A DNA stretch of 64,000 nt from Phoronis australis. Taxonomy: Eukaryota; Animalia; Phoronida. The notes under the pieces were generated by a model. It saw nothing but the letters and a program-made list of their open reading frames with translations. It was not told the DNA's origin and searched no databases. The DNA lies in the NCBI GenBank assembly GCA_002633005.1, contig NMRA01000465.1, positions 160,472 through 224,471 of the forward strand, in the 5' to 3' direction. Shown piece by piece: positions 1-15,300 of this stretch. The translations under genes and the position numbers were made by a program. Positions within the stretch are counted from its first letter, which is position 1, and every line of letters starts with the position of its first letter.

Positions 1-8
1 GGACCTAC

Positions 9-305
9 CTGCAGGACACAGTCGACCATCATCAGCAGTAGCTTTGGGACAATAACGCCCACTCAGACAGGGGAGTGTCGTGTTCATACCCTGGTCAGGG
101 CATCGTTGACCTGCCTCACAGTTCTTACAGATGGCCAGTCCAGTGGATGGTCCATAAGTGCCCTTAGGACATATGGTAGGAGAGACAGCTCCTTGGACAC
201 AGTAGTGACCAATGGGACAGATGTAACCTTTGACGTTATCTGTGGGACGGGCCAAGTTGGAGCCTTCCACACAGATGTAGCCAGAGTCACATGGCATGGT
301 GACAC
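9..305 (-). CDS. Exon 94/94 of giant Cys-rich gene
   Basis: AG/GT bounded, 297 nt, phase 1-1; VTMPCDSGYICVEGS...RLCPAG. Confidence 0.9.
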
Positions 306-3300
306 CTACAAACAGGCAGAGGTTGTCATGACACCACAATATCATCCGGATTTTGCAAGTGATATAAAGTATGTTCTTAGGACTACATTTATTCAGGGCT
401 TGGAAAGACCAATGACAAAAAACACGGAAACTTTTACGGCCCAAATCATGCCTGATAACCACCCTTGAAATGGTCAATGTGAACCTTTCCCCGACAAAAA
501 TCGTGAGGACTAAAAAAAAAACGTTACCACCATTAGTAGCATGCGTCTGCGTCCTTTTAGCTCGCCCGTCCACTCCCAACCCGCACATTTTTGGCTGCAG
601 AGCGGTAGTATTTGTCGCCGCGCTTAACAATAACACGAGACGCCATTGAAAATCCCACCACGCTGTCCCAGATGCCCCGGCAATGTTGACAATTTACGTT
701 CCTCCGAAACATAAAGAGCAACTTCCGTTTTTCGAGGTGAACGCTGTCTGCAACGCCGCGGTAAGAAAGGAATTTGCCGCGGAAATTTTATATCAAATCG
801 GATTTTTTTACGCGGAAATATTATAAAAAAAGCGGAAAGCACATTTGAAAAAAGCGGAAATCCGCGTTTCCGCGGAAAATTCCAAGCCCTGATTAATAAC
901 TCTCATTAACAACTTGGACAATGGGCAGAACATAGTATGTCATACAGAGCATTGTGTTCATTCCAAATGAACTACAGAACTACTCTTCACTTTTAATTAT
1001 TATCTAACTAATAATAAATCCAATACTTGTGCTCAAGAACAGTTCTTAGGACTACTTTCAAAAGTCTATAAAGCAGCACATGTATACTTTTTGTGCGTAC
1101 ACAAGCTGTCATTACCTGATCTCCCATTAAAACATGGGCATGAAAAGAGTAGTTACAACTGTACAGTCATTCATGAGCAGATATTTCCCTCAAAGGACCA
1201 CATGTATCTTTACTAGAGACAAAGTGGTGTACAGTATTGAGAGGTACACGACTCAATACTGAGTGAGGATGTATCATTATTGGAGCTGAGGGGAGTAGTG
1301 TTGACAGTACACTAAAGGGTAATAGTCGGACATAACATGCCCGTATTTTGAGAACCAGTTTTCTCCACTGAATAACAGACATCAAACTGGTTCTCAAAAT
1401 GTTGGCACGTTATGTCCCACTATTACCCACTACTCAATACAGAGCACGTATATCACTAGAGACAAGGAGAGTACAGTATTGAAGGTACACTATACAAAGT
1501 GAGCCCATAGCATTACTAGAGCTGAGGGACGTACAGTGCTGATGGTGGACAACTGAATACTGGGTGAAAACATACCATTACTAGAGCTGAGGGGTGTACA
1601 GTATCTGCCAGCTGGACAAGGTGCACAGTCAGAGTAGTTCTTGTTGCCTGCACTCCTAGCCATGGTACCATCAGGGCAGGGTACAGGGGTGTAGCTCCCT
1701 TCTGGACAGTAGTTACCTATGGGGCACAGTCCCTCAGTAGGGTTTGGCTCAATGGTTGAGCCATTACAATAGTACCTACAATCATCAACAAGTCACCAGC
1801 GTTATGTTGTGTCACAAAATTTGGGATTTGAAGAGAAATTGAAGAGATTTGCTGTTGAATCGCACAAGACAGAGGAGCACGTACTTCACAAGCAACCTAG
1901 CTATACTCAGTTTATCTCTGTTCTAAAAACATTCCACAGATTGCTGTAGTGAGTCTCAGTCTGACACTAAACTACTGTCTAGAACTAGACGTAATGGACA
2001 AAGGCTTAATAGTCTGAAACTAGACATTGAACATCAGCATTAATGATTAATGAGCTTAAATAAGAAATTCAACACATTTCCACAAAAAAATAAAAAATGA
2101 CTGTCCGTTAAGTTAAAAAGTAACCTAGATTTACTGAGATATCAGACTTTGCTGTAAATAGTTTATACCTTTCAACCCGCCATCTTTTTGATCACATCAC
2201 GTGACCTAATGCATATAAGTCCGAAAAGATTTCTGCTCCCGACCGGGACTCGAACCCAGGACCTTCTGGGACCTACAAGTTTGAATGTAGCACACAATTC
2301 ACTTACCCAGCAAAGCAGAGTCCTTCTGGCTCTGACAGTCCCCACTTTTGACAGTAAAACTTGGGAGTGCATTGCTGACATTGAGTGACACTTGTCCTGC
2401 CAGTGATGTTGTTGAATGTGCCAGGTGGGCAAGGGTGTTGGGTGGCCGTCTCGGTGCCGTTTGGACAGTAGTAACCACTTGGACAGGTCTGGTTAGACAG
2501 GTCACTGACTGCATATAGACTGTTATCACAGAAGTAGCCTGGAAAGCAATGAACACATACATGACAAACGAAGGGGAGCATGATTATGTGACTATGATAG
2601 AACTAAGAGAAATTATGCTGTAAACAGTTCATAGAGCCAAGAGGCATTATGCTGTAAACAGTTAGTTCATAGAGCCAAGAGGTATTATGTTGTAATCAAT
2701 TCATAGAACCAAAATGCTGTAAACAGTTCATAAAAAGGGTATAAGCTGTAAAGAGTTAATTGCGAAAATTCTCCAGATCGTGTAATAACACACAAAAAGT
2801 GTTTTGTATGCGGATGGATGAACAATAACTACTCAATATTAGTTTCTTGGGACTTAAATACAAAACCAATGATAAAACATTGCAAAGACAACACAACAAA
2901 AGAACAGAACATTAATCATAACAAGTCTGCGTACCTTCGATACACTCTTTACATGACCAATGTCCGACTTCATTCTGGTAGAAACCATTTGGACATCTAG
3001 TGGGAGTCTCTGTGTTCACTAGACAGTAGTGACCAACTGGACACCTATAGTCAAATGGTGTAGGGGTGGTCTGTCCAGGGGGGCAATAATAGCCCCTACT
3101 ACACTGATCAGTCACAGCACTGGCCCCCGACTCATTACAGTAGAACCCAGCAGTACATGGGGTGCACTCAGACTGTGAGCGCAAGTTGAGGCCGGCATTA
3201 AACGTTCCATTACGGCATGGGAGTGGTAGATCACTGCCTACAGGGCAGTAATGACCGTTCGGACAGTCCACCTCCCGGGGCTGCTCTGATCCAGTAGGGC

Positions 3301-6300
3301 AGTACCAGCCAGCGTCACAATCGGCGACAGGCAAGGCCAGACCACTGATGTTACAGAACTTGCCAGCGGTGCAGTTTTGCATTTCCCATGATCCTTTGGG
3401 GCAGAAGAAACGAGGCTGGCACTCACCACCAGTGGAGTCCTGAAAGTGTCAGTCAGTGTCATAGAAGAGTAAGGAAGTATGGAATTCAAAACCATTCCCA
3501 GAGTAAATAGAGAAAATCTGTGAGTTTTTAAATCTTACAAGACTCGTGTGACCATTACATGTCTTTTAACACTGACGAGAAAATGTTACCAGAATAGTTT
3601 ACGAAATTTGATCTTATCAAAAATTGGTGCAGCAAAATTCAGTTAATTTTCATTTTCTTCTGCTCAATAATATTTTGAACCAGCTTTCCTTTAGATTTCG
3701 CAGTAATTGTTACTCTGACGCATTTCGATGATTTCGATGAAATTCACTTTTCATGAACTAAAGATGACTGCACAAGAGATGAACTGACTGGTCTCCACTT
3801 ACTGATGGTTGGGGTTGTGGAGCGCCCAGTTCACAGTACCACCCTTCATTACACTCTCCAGATGGCGCTACGCTGCCATTGCCAGCACAGTACATGCCCG
3901 GAGGACATAAGAGGCAGGCTGAGGGATTCTGTTGACCTGTAGATGGAGATACCATAAAAATGCACATAAACAACACACAGCTATTTGAAAAAAATAAACT
4001 TAACATACACTTGAGATTACAGGCTAGAAACACGCTGTAAAATTAGAATAATTGATCATCCAAAAATATGCAAATAATGTGCTCAGAATTTTAAAACACG
4101 TTTAAGTGCAGTTGCAACAATTCAATTTGGCAAGCGATCTAAGGGCTATGACAGCTCAAAGAAAAGAGGTTTTCATAGAATTTCAAATTCAACATGATTA
4201 ATGGTCAAATTGAGATGGTTTATTAAATTAAAGCAATAAACATGTTGATTGTCAGACAATAACAAAGATGGGCTGAAATACACTTAAAATTAACATCACT
4301 TAGAGAATAAAGCACGTTACACAGTAACATTACCTGTCTTATTGTTGAATGTTCCAGGTGGACAGGGATAAGTGGTTGGGTCAGGTGTCTCCAGGGGGCA
4401 GTAGTGTCCAGCTGGACATTGGTTATCTGAGTAGTCTGTTGAGTTACCATAGCAATAATAGCCAGCTGGGCAGCTCTTGCACGTGACTGAAAGTATTGCA
4501 TTAAGTAATGCCAACTAGGAAACGAACATTGACTGCCGATGATTAACTTATAAGCATTACACATTAAATCATACATAAAATAACTTAACATTACATAACT
4601 GATATAACACATAACTTATACATAACGTAACTTATACATAACATAACTTAGTTTCACATACTTATCACTTCATAAAGACTTTGAATTACTAATACACTTT
4701 TGTCACATAAAGGAGAAAATTAGTTCCCTAATGACAGAAATTTGGAATAACAATTTATTGCTGAGTGTATTGTCCAAAAGAACACCAGTATGATGAATCA
4801 ATTTTATTTATTAATTAAAGTGTTCATTGTACTTACATTGTGTGGGAGAGTTCTGGTAGAATCCAGGAGGACACCCATCAGGCCAGACTGTTCCAGAGGG
4901 GCACTTGGAGCCCGGGGGACACTTGTCGCCTATGATGGGGTGAACAGTACCTGTTGGACACTGGTCACTGTTCAACATGGTGGGGTTCGGTTTGTCCGCA
5001 CCGGATACACAGTAGTAACCATTGTCACAGAGAGCAGTGGGTGTGGTCAGATGGGTACCTGGAGAGGAGACAGTGATTAGCATGACTGACATGTCATGAC
5101 CATGGTCATTCATCTGGCACACAACAGATATTTCTTCAACTACTAAGCCCATTGAACTGCTCAAGGGAGAAAACATAATACTAAGCCACCAAATGATTGT
5201 AAACGGGATCTTGTTGCTGCTGCAGAGCAACTTGGTGTAAGTTGAGAATGAACTGTATAACAGTGTGGTTACCAAGGAAACTTGAGTTGTGGTGTATTGA
5301 CGGCATGCAGCACACAGTGTAATTAGTAATACCCACCCAAGTGTTTAATGACCTTGACCCTTACCTTGACAATACTTGCCCCTTTCACAGGGGGTACACT
5401 CAATGGCTGCCTTCAGTCGCGTCACGTTACTGTATGTGCCAGCAGGACATGGCTGGTGGTTGTGCCCTGTACCATTTGGACAGTAGTAGCCCTCAGGACA
5501 CTCCTGCAGTACAGTGGAGAGTAAACCTGGGGTGACACTGCTGGGCACGCAGTAGTAGCCTGAAAATAACACAAGCTCACTTGAAATGCACATCAATTTT
5601 AATTTTATTAAAACATATGATTAATGGCAAAGCGAACTGCAAAAAGTGCGTGGATATGAGGAGTTTTGTGGCAGAATTTATAGCCAGGAACACAATGTCT
5701 TACATGTCCTTTTCTGGGAAATACGAAGCCAACCCAATCATGGACCTACTGAGGATTACATTCTGTCTCCTTTTATGGGCGATATAGAGCTAGTCATGGA
5801 TAATGTTCAGCAGTCTCTGCAAATGAAACTGAACACAATTTAGTCAGCGTGCAACAACTAGTGCCACCTACCTTCTGGACATGTCTGACAGCTGTCTGCA
5901 CCTTGACTGTCTGTGTAAGTACCAGCCAGACAACTCTGATAGATGGCGCTGCCTTCAGGACAGTGGACACCTATAGGACAGATGACAGCTGTGTCGATGC
6001 TGGAACCTTCAGGACAATAGTAGCCTGAAAAAAGTACAGTAAGGTAATAACTGTCATTTAATTTCTATCACAACCAAAACTTACAAAAGGAATGGTTCTA
6101 TTTTGACAACTCGTATATTGCCATATGATCGATGCTACAGCAACACAGATGGTGAAGAGACACAATAAATATTGTCAATGAACACATTCTATTCATGAAG
6201 AAGCACAATGAATGCAATGGAGACCTTGTTTTTTGGATGCCTCCCAGTTTGTTGTTTATAGAAATTATACAAGAGGTGCTCACCAGCTTTACAAGGTCCA

Positions 6301-9300
6301 GATGGGGCAATCAGAGCCAGACCATTACAGTAGCGTCCAGGAGTACAGGGTAGACACTGAACATCACTGGATAGTTGGCTGGCGTTAGAGAAGGTGCCAT
6401 TAGGGCACTCAATGGGGTATTGGGTGCGCTGTGGGCAGTAGTACCCAATGGGGCACGCTTCGTTGTCAGCACGGTAGGATCCAACAACACAGAAGTAACC
6501 TGCAATACAACATTGTGATGTCACATGTTTCATAGCGTAGACAAATGGTGTACATGACTGTAATAAAAAGTTAAAGTTTAAAATTTCTATCATTAAAAGC
6601 ACAATGCTAAATGTTAAGTTCACTGAATGTAATATAAGAACACTAGGTATTTTAAAATCATTATTAGAAATAAATGTTAGTTAGAGCACTATGTGAAAAC
6701 ATGTTGCCATGCAACCCTTGTCTCACCTGCTAGACAGGGTCCGCTGACAGCTGTCAATCCTGTCTCGTTACAGAAGTCCCCTCCAGTACAGTTAAGACAC
6801 TCTATCTCCTGAGTAAGACCCGTGGCAGAACTGTATGTGCCCTCAGGACAGCCGATGGGCTCAGCTGTACCCTCTGGACAGTACGAGCCAGCTGGACATA
6901 TGTCAGCATTCAAACCTATAGGGGGGATATTGTCAAGTGAAAGGAACATTCTAGAAATTGAACAAGAGTTTATAACACCATGAGAAAAATCAAACTTCGT
7001 TTTCAATTTCAATTTCAATGGTTGAATAGTTGGAGTTCACAACAACAAAATATAAGCACTATCCCAGTTATATGACAACGGAATATTTCAAGCTTTAAAT
7101 TGGGTGTAATGACTTATTATGCAACTAAGGTAAACATAAAAAACTTTAGTCAATGCACTATCCTACCCAGATTAGGCGTAGTCTTGTCAGCTCCAGAGCG
7201 ACAGAAGTATCCAGCGGCGCAGGGCCTGATGGGATAGGTCATGCCTTCCATGTCACATGCCATGCTGCCAACGCATGCTGTACAGTCACTTTTAGACTTC
7301 AAACCTGATTGGACAGAAGTGTCAGTGAAAGTAGTGCAATCAACGACTCATTGCCTTTGTACCATATGAGTGAAAAAATTGTGAATAACAAAATAAACAA
7401 CAAAATTAACATAACTAAAGATGATGCATTAATGCTGACTACTATTTACAAAAGCTGCATTGTGTATAATTATAGTTGTATGTTTAGTACCTGTTCTGTT
7501 ATTAAATGTTCCTTTAGGACATGGATACTCCTCTGCGTAAGTTGTACCATTTGGACACCAATAACCTTCAGGGCATTTGGTGACAGCGAAGTTGACAACT
7601 GGCCCATAGGTGGCATTGCAGTAGAAACCTTCCACACAGGTCTTGCAAGTGTACTGACCAACCACATTCTAGGACAAAAATAAACCCATTCATGAGCCAT
7701 AAGCAAGCCGAGTAATTGAACAGTGCCAAATAAAATTAGGCAACAAAACAGTAGATGATCAATACACGACACAAGTCAGCAACTAGTCAGTGAATCTAAC
7801 TACGAAGCCGAGATTCATGAAGAAAATTATGTTATCGTTCCACAATTAATTCAATATTAAACTCACCTGGAACATTCCTGAGGGGCAGGGGGCAGGTGTG
7901 GCAGACCCTGTGACACAGAAGTGACCCTCAGGACAGGTGTAGTTACCAGGAGTGGCTGTGGTCTGCCCCTGGGGACAGTAGTACCCCTGGGAGCACATAC
8001 CGGCAGGTACAGTCAAACCTGGCTGGTCACAGTATTCACCTAGAGAAATGAACAGATTCAACAGATGTAGAACGGGGTTTGAGATGACATCATGAAATGC
8101 TCATACCAGTTGATACAATGTGTAACTACAACTAAAATGGTCGTAGGGATGACAGCATGGTGCACCTGCTCACTTTCTTGGAGGTACGGTCAAAGACCCA
8201 ACGGTATATGAATTAATTTTGACCGTGAACAAAAACATCATGCGAATCACAATTCATTTAACGTTCAAGGTCTCTGAGAATACACCCAAGAATTGCCAGT
8301 GAGTTCATGAGATAAAAATGTGCTAATTCTCCTTACTAATAAACCTATTGTAAAAACTCTAACAAAATGGAAGAGTATGATGAAGGTTTTGACTATGGTC
8401 TTGAGTCATTTTTAATGAAATAGTTGCCCAAAACATAAGTGATGGTGGTACAGTCTGTTACCTTGAGTACATATAATACAGTCAGATGGCTGTGTGTTGG
8501 ATGTGGTATTGAGGAAGTAGCCCTGAGGACATGATGTGGGGGAGTGGCTGCCTTTGGGACAGTAGTGACCAGTAGGGCACACATTGCCAGTAACTCCATC
8601 TGTGGGTGAAGCCTCACTTGCAGCCAGCGTACAATAATAACCTGCAGAAAATAAGAAAATTAACACTTGGACATTTGTGAGACAATGGAACATTAGGTAA
8701 AATATCCACCAAACTACTACAGAATGTCATATTAACGTCATCATTTTGTGGAAAATAGGTAGAGGTACCTCTACTTTACAATTATCCAGGGGGGTAACTA
8801 CTGTGTTAAGTTGATGAAAAGAAAGTTACACTGCATGCAGGCACTCAGCACAACAGTGAGGTTCTGTCTGTTACAACGGCTCATGAATGACCACGGAGAG
8901 GAATATTATGCACTCATGAAATACATACGACACATACCTTGATTGCACTGTCCAATAGGGGCAGGTCTTTCTTCATCAGGGCAATACCAGCCGGGTGTGC
9001 AGTTGACAGGGGCGTCACTTCCTCCGGGGCAGTACGTGCCAACAGGACATTTACCTCCCTCCAACAGGTTGGTGGGCCGAGGTTCAGTAGAACCACTGAT
9101 GCAGTACCACCCCTCACTGTAACAATATATAACACTTAATTCTAATGCAGAATATACAGTGTACATCTGAGCGTACAGCTAGTGGAGAAAGTTATCCATA
9201 GCAGCATTGCTTCAGAACACAAGAGGGTGAAATTGCATTCATTTTGAGAAATAATACATTTGATTAATATTACGTGTCTGAGGTCTTTAATCATCTTGAT

Positions 9301-12300
9301 AAGAAACCAACAGAAATTAACAAGAAGTAACGTCTAGAATGTAATGCACACCAGGAAGACGGGATGTTCCAGTCTGTTTGTGATGGCTCTACACGACCAA
9401 TTACACATCAAACAGCAGCAGCTTACGATTGGTCACAGTTTTAGACAGTTTCACTAACAATGACCCAGCACACATACCTGCAGTTGGTCGTTGGAGCACT
9501 CAACCCATCACCTTGACAATACATTCCAGGGGTACAAGGCACGCAAGCTGTGCTGTTCACTTGCTGAGGCAGGGCATTGAATGTACCTGTGGAGCATGGG
9601 TACTGGCTGGAGTGCTGCGTTCCCAGGGGGCAGTAGTGACCAGATGGACACACCTTGTCAGAGTAGTCCGTGGAGTTACCAAGGCAATAGTAACCTGGAG
9701 AATGAAGCATGCAATGTGATTTACTTTGATTAAGATTAATTGACATAACTGTGTGCCAAGGCAAAAGAATCATAATGATTTAAAATAATAATACACTCAT
9801 CAACTTAAAGGCAAATCATTCCCTATTAACCTGTTTAGTTTGGAAAAGCTTTATCTTTACTCAACAAGCAGTCCCATATTAACAAATTATTTCAAGCTGA
9901 CTTTCAGCTTGTGACCGCCAAACATGCAAGCTAGTACAATAGAGCTAGCCAGAGAGATGATGGTGACCATATCTTACCAGCAGGGCAGTCGTTACATTGC
10001 CACTTCCCCTCCAGGTCTTGGTACGTTCCAGCTGGGCAGCCAATAGGCAAGTTGCTACCAGTTGGGCAGTAGTGACCTCGTGGACACAGGTCACCGAATC
10101 CTGCAAGGTTAATAAGTACATTGTACACTAGGAAGGGTAATTAGTTCATGACTATATTCAAGAGAGGTGGTTGATTTGAAATAGTTGTAAATTGTATTGT
10201 ACAGAAACAGTACATCTTGACAATGTTTTACAAACTTCTTCCTCAAAATGTTAGAAGTTAGAATTCATAGGATCTCAAAATATTCAGAGTAAACTTTGAC
10301 TTTTAACTATCCTTGAAAAGAACAATGATCCCTGAAGACATGTAACTCCATGTTTAACAATGAAATTTATTACCATAGTGCCGTAAAAATAGGCAGGTGC
10401 CTGGTGCCTTCTGTGGTGCACCAGATGAGCTTAGTGCTAAGGCAACTCAATTGGGCCCATTGCACTTATCACCTGATTAGGAATCACAAGGATCCCTCAG
10501 CATGGGGTTCCTCGTGAGAATTCTTCAATTAAAATCTTCCCATTTTCTCAGGAAATTAGAAATTTGAACTTGCACGAATTTCTACCTGGCAAGTTATAAT
10601 ATTTTAGCAGATTGCAAAGCCCCTGAAAAGCATGGCAAATTCCACTGGATGTTGGGGAATCTCAGCTTCCAAGCCATGCTTATGGCAGTTTGAACAGGTT
10701 ACATGACCTGTGATGTTTCGGTGCCGGCTAAGTTGCAGTGCCCAGTAATTACTTAGATCACCTGACTGGGAACTGTGTGCTAGACTTATTTTCACAAACA
10801 TTATAACATTGTGAATTTTTGTTATATCAAGGTTTCAATTGCACAGGCCAAGGACATCGAAAAATTCCTCCGTGTTCGCAGCAATGTCCACTGAGACATG
10901 ACGTATGTAGTTTACATACATTGTATTTTTGCAACCAGTTCAAATGGCCATGCCACTAAATGATCCCATTACCTGTGTGTCCACCAATCAGAGGGCAGGA
11001 AGCTGGGTAAGAACTGTTGGTTTCGGCATTGTTTGGGTCTGGCCTGTCCACTCCCGATTCACAGTAATGTCCAGCCTGGCACAGACCAGTCACATTAGTG
11101 GCATGTTCCTCTGAGCAGTAGAAGCCAGCCAGGCAGTCACGACATTGCTGGACCTGAATACAGTAACCAGACAAGGAATTAGTAAGGGCATAGCACAGTA
11201 ACACTGTGAGACTGGGCTTGGGGGAAGGTGACACTAAGCATGAAGGCACTACACTCTCACACGGTGAGACTGGGCTTGGGGAGATGACACTCAGGATCAA
11301 TATATTTAATTAATGCTCAATCGTCACAGAGAAAATGTATCAGTTCCTTGTCTAAGGCATCTCTTAAGAAAAAATCTTAAGCCCTGGAAACAAGTTTTAG
11401 TCTCAAGCTAATAAGATTACAGAGTTTAATACAATGCGTTAAACTTTACATTCAATGTGTCTCCAGACAGACATGACACCTGAGTATTCAAACTGTTCAA
11501 AGTGATGCAAACGACTAACTTGACAAGTAATCTTTATGAAGCAAATTCCAACTATTTGACAAACTAAAATCAATTGGTATTTGCCCACAACTCTGTGCAG
11601 TCAAGCCACTTACAGTATAGAGGTTCTTCTGGTTGCTGTAGGTTCCTTTTGGACACGACTTCCAGTCGAGTCCAGTGCCATTAGGGCAGTAATAGCCCTC
11701 TGGACAGTCATGGTAGCCAGACTGAGGGTCACCAGAGGTCACATTTTCAGGTAGACAATAATACCTGAATAGACAAAAGTTACCACTTACACCATGAATG
11801 TATAGAGTCCTGAATGCAACAGAATAACAATCCGGGGCCACTCCCTGGCTACAGTAATGTCATACAGTGCAACCAATTGAACAACATAGAGTTATGCAAA
11901 TTAACTTGAACTAAATTTGAAACAACTGTTCTTTGCAGTGAAGTGCAAGCAGACGTTTTCACATAATTAGCAGCTTCATACTTCACATGACAACACAGTA
12001 TTTTAAATCTTGACTGCAATATTTGGTGCTGATTCGTCTACAGAGCCATGGACACCTGAGCCCAGTTTCTAATCTCTAAATTTAGACTCAAAAATAAAAC
12101 CAATCATGCTGCAGTATTTAAACGCAAATTTTTGTAAGTTTACTCAAAGTACGTTATTCGATTGGTAAATATTCAAGTCATGTTTTGAGTACATAGATTA
12201 GATCCCAGGTAATGCTGATGGTCAAAGAACTGACAGGCAGAGACACCACTGTCAATAGGTGTAAATAGTTAAATGCTGATTGACCACGACGACTCACCCA

Positions 12301-15300
12301 TCTGGACAAATGTCACACTCCCATCGTCCAGTGCTGTTAGTGAACTGACCAGATGGACAGGAACGTGGGGAGGCGGAGCCTTCAGGACAGACCAGACCAA
12401 TAGGACAGTGTATCTGACTTCGTATGTAAGACCCTACAATATAAGGAATTTTAAATTTTGTGTGAATATTAAGAAAATACAAGTTCTAAGTAGCAAGCAA
12501 CGTAGTTTTACAAAAAAAAATTATTTTGAAATTATTGAACAAGATCAATTAAACAAGGACATAAATTTATGCGGAGAGTTTGCAAATATTCACTCCCACA
12601 GGAAGACGACACCCAAACTCACCTGTGGGACAGTAGTACCCCTGTTGACACCTGCCTTCAGGTTCTGTCAAGCCAGTAGACTCACAGTACCAGCCCTGAA
12701 GACAGGCTGTACATTCAGACGCTTGACTCAGTACTGTTGTGTTGGAGTAAGTGCCGTTAGGACAACGCTCTGGAGTGTGTGTGCCTGCAGGAAGGAGAAG
12801 TGGAAACTGTTAGCATGAGATAACGCCACTGGACATCTACTCCATTCTGGATAATACACATTTGATTGAACACATAATTATTATCATAGTTCAACAGCAT
12901 CCTGTCAAATGTGGTAAACATATATGCGGACTTGCAATCATATATACTGCAATTATAAAAGAACACAGCTTTTGTTTAGCAACACCAAGTTACACAATAG
13001 TGAAGTGATTCACCTGGCTAAATCAAATGTTATAATGTTGATCTCACCAGGTAGGAAAATAAGGCAGCCCAATTGATGCCAAAAACATGACTTCGTTTAA
13101 TCGCTTACATGTTACAGTTATTGACTTACCCAAGGGACAGAACCTGCCAGCTGGACATATGACCTGTTGAGCTGCAGAGGACGCAGCTGGACAATAGTAG
13201 CCAGGGTCACACTGACTGGTGGGTTCAGTCTGATGAAGGCTGTCACAGTACCAACCTACAGAGGGAGTGACCGCAACAAGTGGTTGATAAAAGGCAAAAG
13301 GATTTCCATGAAACTAGAGAAACAAGCGCTGTTAACAGAACACAGTATTTGATCTGATTTTGCATGAATTTAAAAGTAACATAGAGAAGGTAAAATTTCA
13401 ACTATTAAATGTAAAAAATATGTCAAATGAAAAGTCATGCACATTAAATATTTTAGCTAATTATTGACTCATATTAAATAGCACCCACTTGCCTATTAAT
13501 TAAATGACTTGGATGTGTTCCGACAGAATAGCATACTGCACACTCATTATTGCTACTAATCAACAACACAGTGTCAGCACAAGACCAGTACTACCTACCA
13601 TGAGTACAGTCACGGCAACTGGTCACGTTCTGCAGACCTGTGTAGTTAGAGAAAGTGCCCACAGGACATGAGATGGGTTCATTGGTTTGTTCTGGGCAGT
13701 AATAGCCAGCCGGACATATATGGGCGTCTGACCCCTGCATAGGCGTGGCTGTCCTGGCCCCTGTCCTGCAGTAGTAGCCAGGGCTACATGGGTAGGTGGG
13801 ATGAACAGTACCCTCTGTACAATAATAACCACCTGAAATAAGTACACAGTGGATTAAATGACCAATGAATTTAAATACGACTTTGATCTTTCTTCCCAAT
13901 AAGTTGTCACTCACATGTGAAAGCTAAAGGAGATTACATACTCCGCTGGAAATATGTTCCCCAAACACTTGCATAGATTTATTAATATTTACTGAATTCA
14001 TAAACAGCATACCTTCTATATCGTGATAAGACATTGAAATACGCCTTTTCACTAGTTTTCAATAAAAAGTAGTTGGTGGGCAGCATTCCATGAATGTGTG
14101 TGCAGAAAAAATACAGTGACATTACCCAGGGCTTTTTGTAAAATCTTTGCAGCCACCATGCTGTCAAATTGTCACTGCTGTGGAATAATTTATACATTAT
14201 GTCTCAAAACTTCAGTTAATGAAAGAATTGTGATTCATCTCTGCCAATTTGGCCAGTGTTGCACACCAGAATTAGGCATTTCGGTCAAGGGACGGTAAGT
14301 TTGAGCTATCACAACACTGTACCCATTTCACAAATGTCATAACACGTCTTCAAGAAAATATCTGTTGTATTTTATTGCTGTCAATACCACAGCTTTTTCC
14401 AGTTTATATTCTTTCAAAAATGATTCAAACAAATACATGTCTGACTATCTAAACCTTGAGATTTCGCAGTGTGTTCAAGAGGAGAGAATTCACTTATCCA
14501 TGTTTTCTTTCATAACATCTAGCATCTAAAACGTATTAAACAAAAGATGGGGGACTTACCAAGACAAGATGTACAGTCAGATTCAGACTGAAGGCCAGTG
14601 TTGTTGTTGAATGTCCCAGCAGGGCAGCGGTACTCGGTCGAAGAGTTGGTACCACTAGGACAGTAGTGACCTGTAGGGGCAAGCAACAGACAAGGGTCAC
14701 CACCATTATACACTGACCACTACAGAGCCACTAGTGACTAGGACAGTAGTGACCTGCAGTGGAGAGCAACAGATAGGGGTCAGTACCATCATACAGTGAA
14801 CACTGCATACTCCTAAATTCATGAAGCTTTAAATACACGTACATTGGATAGAAGCATTGTTTCTTTCTTACTAAGAGGACATTAGAAAATCCAGGTAAAA
14901 TTAACCCTTTAGAATGGAAATAAAAATTGTGACAAAATTTTGCACAATAACATTCAAATATAGATAATAACTAAGAAACTTCAGTTTGACAGACTGCATT
15001 TTGAATAAAACCAAATATGAAATTCTGTGAAATGCTTTGTCACCTTTTTTTCTATTAATCGTATTGGCAAAAACTGATACTGAACAATTAAACTTTTTCT
15101 ATTAATAGGAACTAGAATGATTTACTGCAGTATTACCATATTGTCTACATGACCATTGTGTCATCCAGTTGATATAAAGCAATGTATATAAGAACTAACA
15201 AGTTTTAAAAGTGATATTATCGATGAGAAAATAATAAATTTTCCTGAAAGAAGCAGTAGAGCGAATTTGAAGCTGCAGCCTCCGCAGCTGAAGCCTAATG

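Noticed and set aside
2225-2285. tRNA gene
   Set aside because: Only the T-arm/B-box is recognisable; no D-arm, anticodon arm or acceptor stem.
11205-11292. Direct repeat GTGAGACTGGGCTTGGG as an exon-junction duplicate
   Set aside because: It does not match the neighbouring exon ends; an ordinary intronic duplication.
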